This document shows positions 60,001 through 64,000 of a DNA stretch of 64,000 nt, in pieces; the stretch's first letter is position 1; each line of letters opens with the position of its first letter. The position numbers and the translations under genes were made by a program. The stretch covers positions 1 to 64,000 of the forward strand of contig BAAIJX010000074.1 in assembly GCA_054600435.1 (NCBI GenBank), given 5' to 3'. This DNA comes from Neophaeotheca triangularis. Taxonomy: Eukaryota. Under the pieces are notes generated by a model. The model saw nothing but the letters and a program-made list of their open reading frames with translations, made no database searches and was not told where the DNA came from.

Positions 60001-62299
60001 ACCCCCAGGCTCAAAAGTGTTCGGTACACTTATGTATGTATACGCTAATGACAGTTTCCGTCAGGGAAAGGCGGATCGAACTTGTTGTTGATCGTTGATC
60101 TGCAGTACCTTTCTACCTACCTACCTAATCAGCGCGATTCTCCAACACCGGCGGGGGCCTTCTTTTTGCGGGCAAGCATTGGCAACTTGCCCACCTTACT
60201 CATGCGTAGGCAAACCATTTGCGAGTCGTGACTTGTCGCGACTCGCAGCACTAGAGCAGCATCCAGGGCATAGGCTTTCCAGCTAATAACTTGTCACGAC
60301 GGGCCTGGCCTGAAGTTTGATCGGAACACGCCGTAGACCCTAGTCTAGCCAGTGTCTCAATACTCGACTTGGCAATAATAATGTAGGTACGCGAATTAGG
60401 TTCTCGCTTGAATAATAACAATATCACGTGGGCGACCCATATGTGCATAGCTGAGCGGTCAGACACGCTGCTGTCGACAACTGCACCACTGTCGCAAGGC
60501 TGTCATGCAAGGTTTACAGCCCTGTCATGATATAGTCTTCATCAGCCACAACTAAATCAGACTGACTCGCACGCCTTTGTCGTCACCCACCTACTCCCCC
60601 TGTCTGAAACGGTTTTGACGCCGACCTCGGGCATAGGTTCATCACAACCTGAGATAGGAGCCGCCACTGTGTAATAAATTGCATAGCGTAACGTTGCGTC
60701 GAACGAGCGTTCGATCTGGGTCCAACAACAAACGGCTCTGGAAATCGAGCCTAGGTTCAAGATGCCTATCACCTGGACTCCACCTCCGTTGATTGTGTTT
60801 TTTGTTAGTAATTTCCTCCCTCTGAAGCTTCCTTTCCTTCACAACCGACCGAGAAGTGTTGTTAGATGTTAGCCGACTCGGCTTCTAATAACACTCCAGC
60901 TCGTGCCTTACCCCTTGGGGCCGTGCAGGCCACCACATCAGGAGTAAAGAACAAAACAAATAATAATGCGCCAACTCCGCCCTGACAACTCGTGACAAGA
61001 AGCTTAGTACAGCCATTCGCCACGGAACGGCCTTCGCAGCTGCTTGCCGGCCGACTAGGTAGCGAGAGCTTCACCGATATAGCTCTGGCGGTGAGTGAGT
61101 GGCCGAAATGCCAACACACCTGGTGACGCATCGCACCATCACGCCACCTCGAGCACCATCGCAGCGATAGATCATAGAGGTGTGGTAGTGGTAGTGGAGT
61201 GCGCAAGCTGCGTGCCTCCAGGCTCTTCCCTTGAATTTGCATAGAGGCACCAGCCACCGGGATCGGTGTCAAGCGAAGATCGACGCAGGCATGCCGCATG
61301 GGTTAGGAGGTTGTACAACCACCAACCGACGGCTATCGGCTGAGACTCGATCCGCCACACGAGAGTTTCGGCTCTCACGTGCTCTCGACACAATGCCAAG
61401 TTCGTATACGAGAAAGGTAAGGAAAATGTATAGTTACTGGTGTAGCTAGTTATTCCACGAGCTGTGGAGCAGCGTGTTCTGCACCCTGCGTCCTTGAAGT
61501 TTTTCAAACGGTGAAGTGAAGATAGGTAGTAATAAGTATCCAAGTAGTAGTATACACCGCGCAGTGAGCACGAAGAATGCCCACCGCCAAGGAAGACTCA
61601 TCGAAACATCGACGACACCTTCTCCGCTGTCGCGCACCGGCGCGTTCGGTAACCCTAACAGATGACGGTGGAGGTGTCGTGTCAATAATATCAATAATAA
61701 TAATAAGAGGCCCACCTTCTGCTGCACCGAAGAACCCTCTCCCAAAACCTATGGGAGGTAGGGCTTCACGTTGCACCGTCTACTATGATACAAGTGGAGC
61801 AATGCGAATCGAATTAATACCTACTGCTCCAGTTCTTCGGCCAAAAACGTGAAACTCACTCATTGTTATTACTACATACCCACCATGCCTTACCTTGTAT
61901 CAAGCGATCCGATCGACCGCAGGCGGTCAGTCGTCGCGGTGGCCGCGCTCACCGCCACAGTTCAGCCAGCATTGAACAGGCATGACTTCACCCGAACGAA
62001 AAAGGATGAGGGAGAAAACTCGGGTGCTGGCATTAACTTAATGCCAAAGAAAGTCTCAGCTAGGAAATGGGCAGTCACAAAAAGGTAAGCGCATCGAGCC
62101 TGGAGACTACTGGAGACACCGGGCGAGACGGTCAGTCAGTCACGTTCCCCCGTCCTGCGCGATTCAGCAATCGTTCTCTTCTCCACGTCGACCAACGCTC
62201 CAACAGCACCGCCCACGATCCGGCCGCGCCGCCCACGCGCACAGTAGTGCACACATTCGGCGGCGAGCCTCTCGAACCATTGCGGAGACACCACTCTTC

Positions 62300-63943
<1,644 letters not shown>

Positions 63944-64000
63944 GGTTCAGAAGCGTCTTCTACACGGTGGATGACAGAAAACAAAACAACAGGGGCTCTG

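Overview
Filamentous ascomycete (Pezizomycotina, probably a Dothideomycete) genomic DNA in two parts. Positions 1 to ~20.9 kb are a RIP-mutated nest of transposons: an IS3EU-like DDE transposase interrupted by chromoviral Ty3/Gypsy element A, which holds a complete Gypsy element B (3877-16500, 4-bp TSD), which in turn holds a 700-bp TRIM (5-bp TSD). A second, oppositely oriented family-A LTR sits at the left edge. Positions ~21-64 kb are mostly ordinary intron-containing genes: F-box/propeller, SCP2, arrestin-like, SBDS/Rtc3-like, RhoGEF, Sfr1/Mei5-like, MCR1, MFS, DUF1479, bZIP and a GH1 beta-glucosidase. Two candidate undescribed systems stand out. (1) Element B carries a 1027-codon third ORF with a PhyH-like Fe(II)/2-oxoglutarate dioxygenase core and a candidate TATA box, plus 11 copies of a 27-bp palindrome. 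(2) A 4.2-kb cassette flanked by ~90-100-bp direct repeats holds a CNF1/CheD-like Cys-His deamidase gene convergent with an F-box-ankyrin gene, a possible toxin-antidote unit. All calls come from reading and translating by hand. 'De-RIPed' sequences are my reconstructions, and no database search was run.
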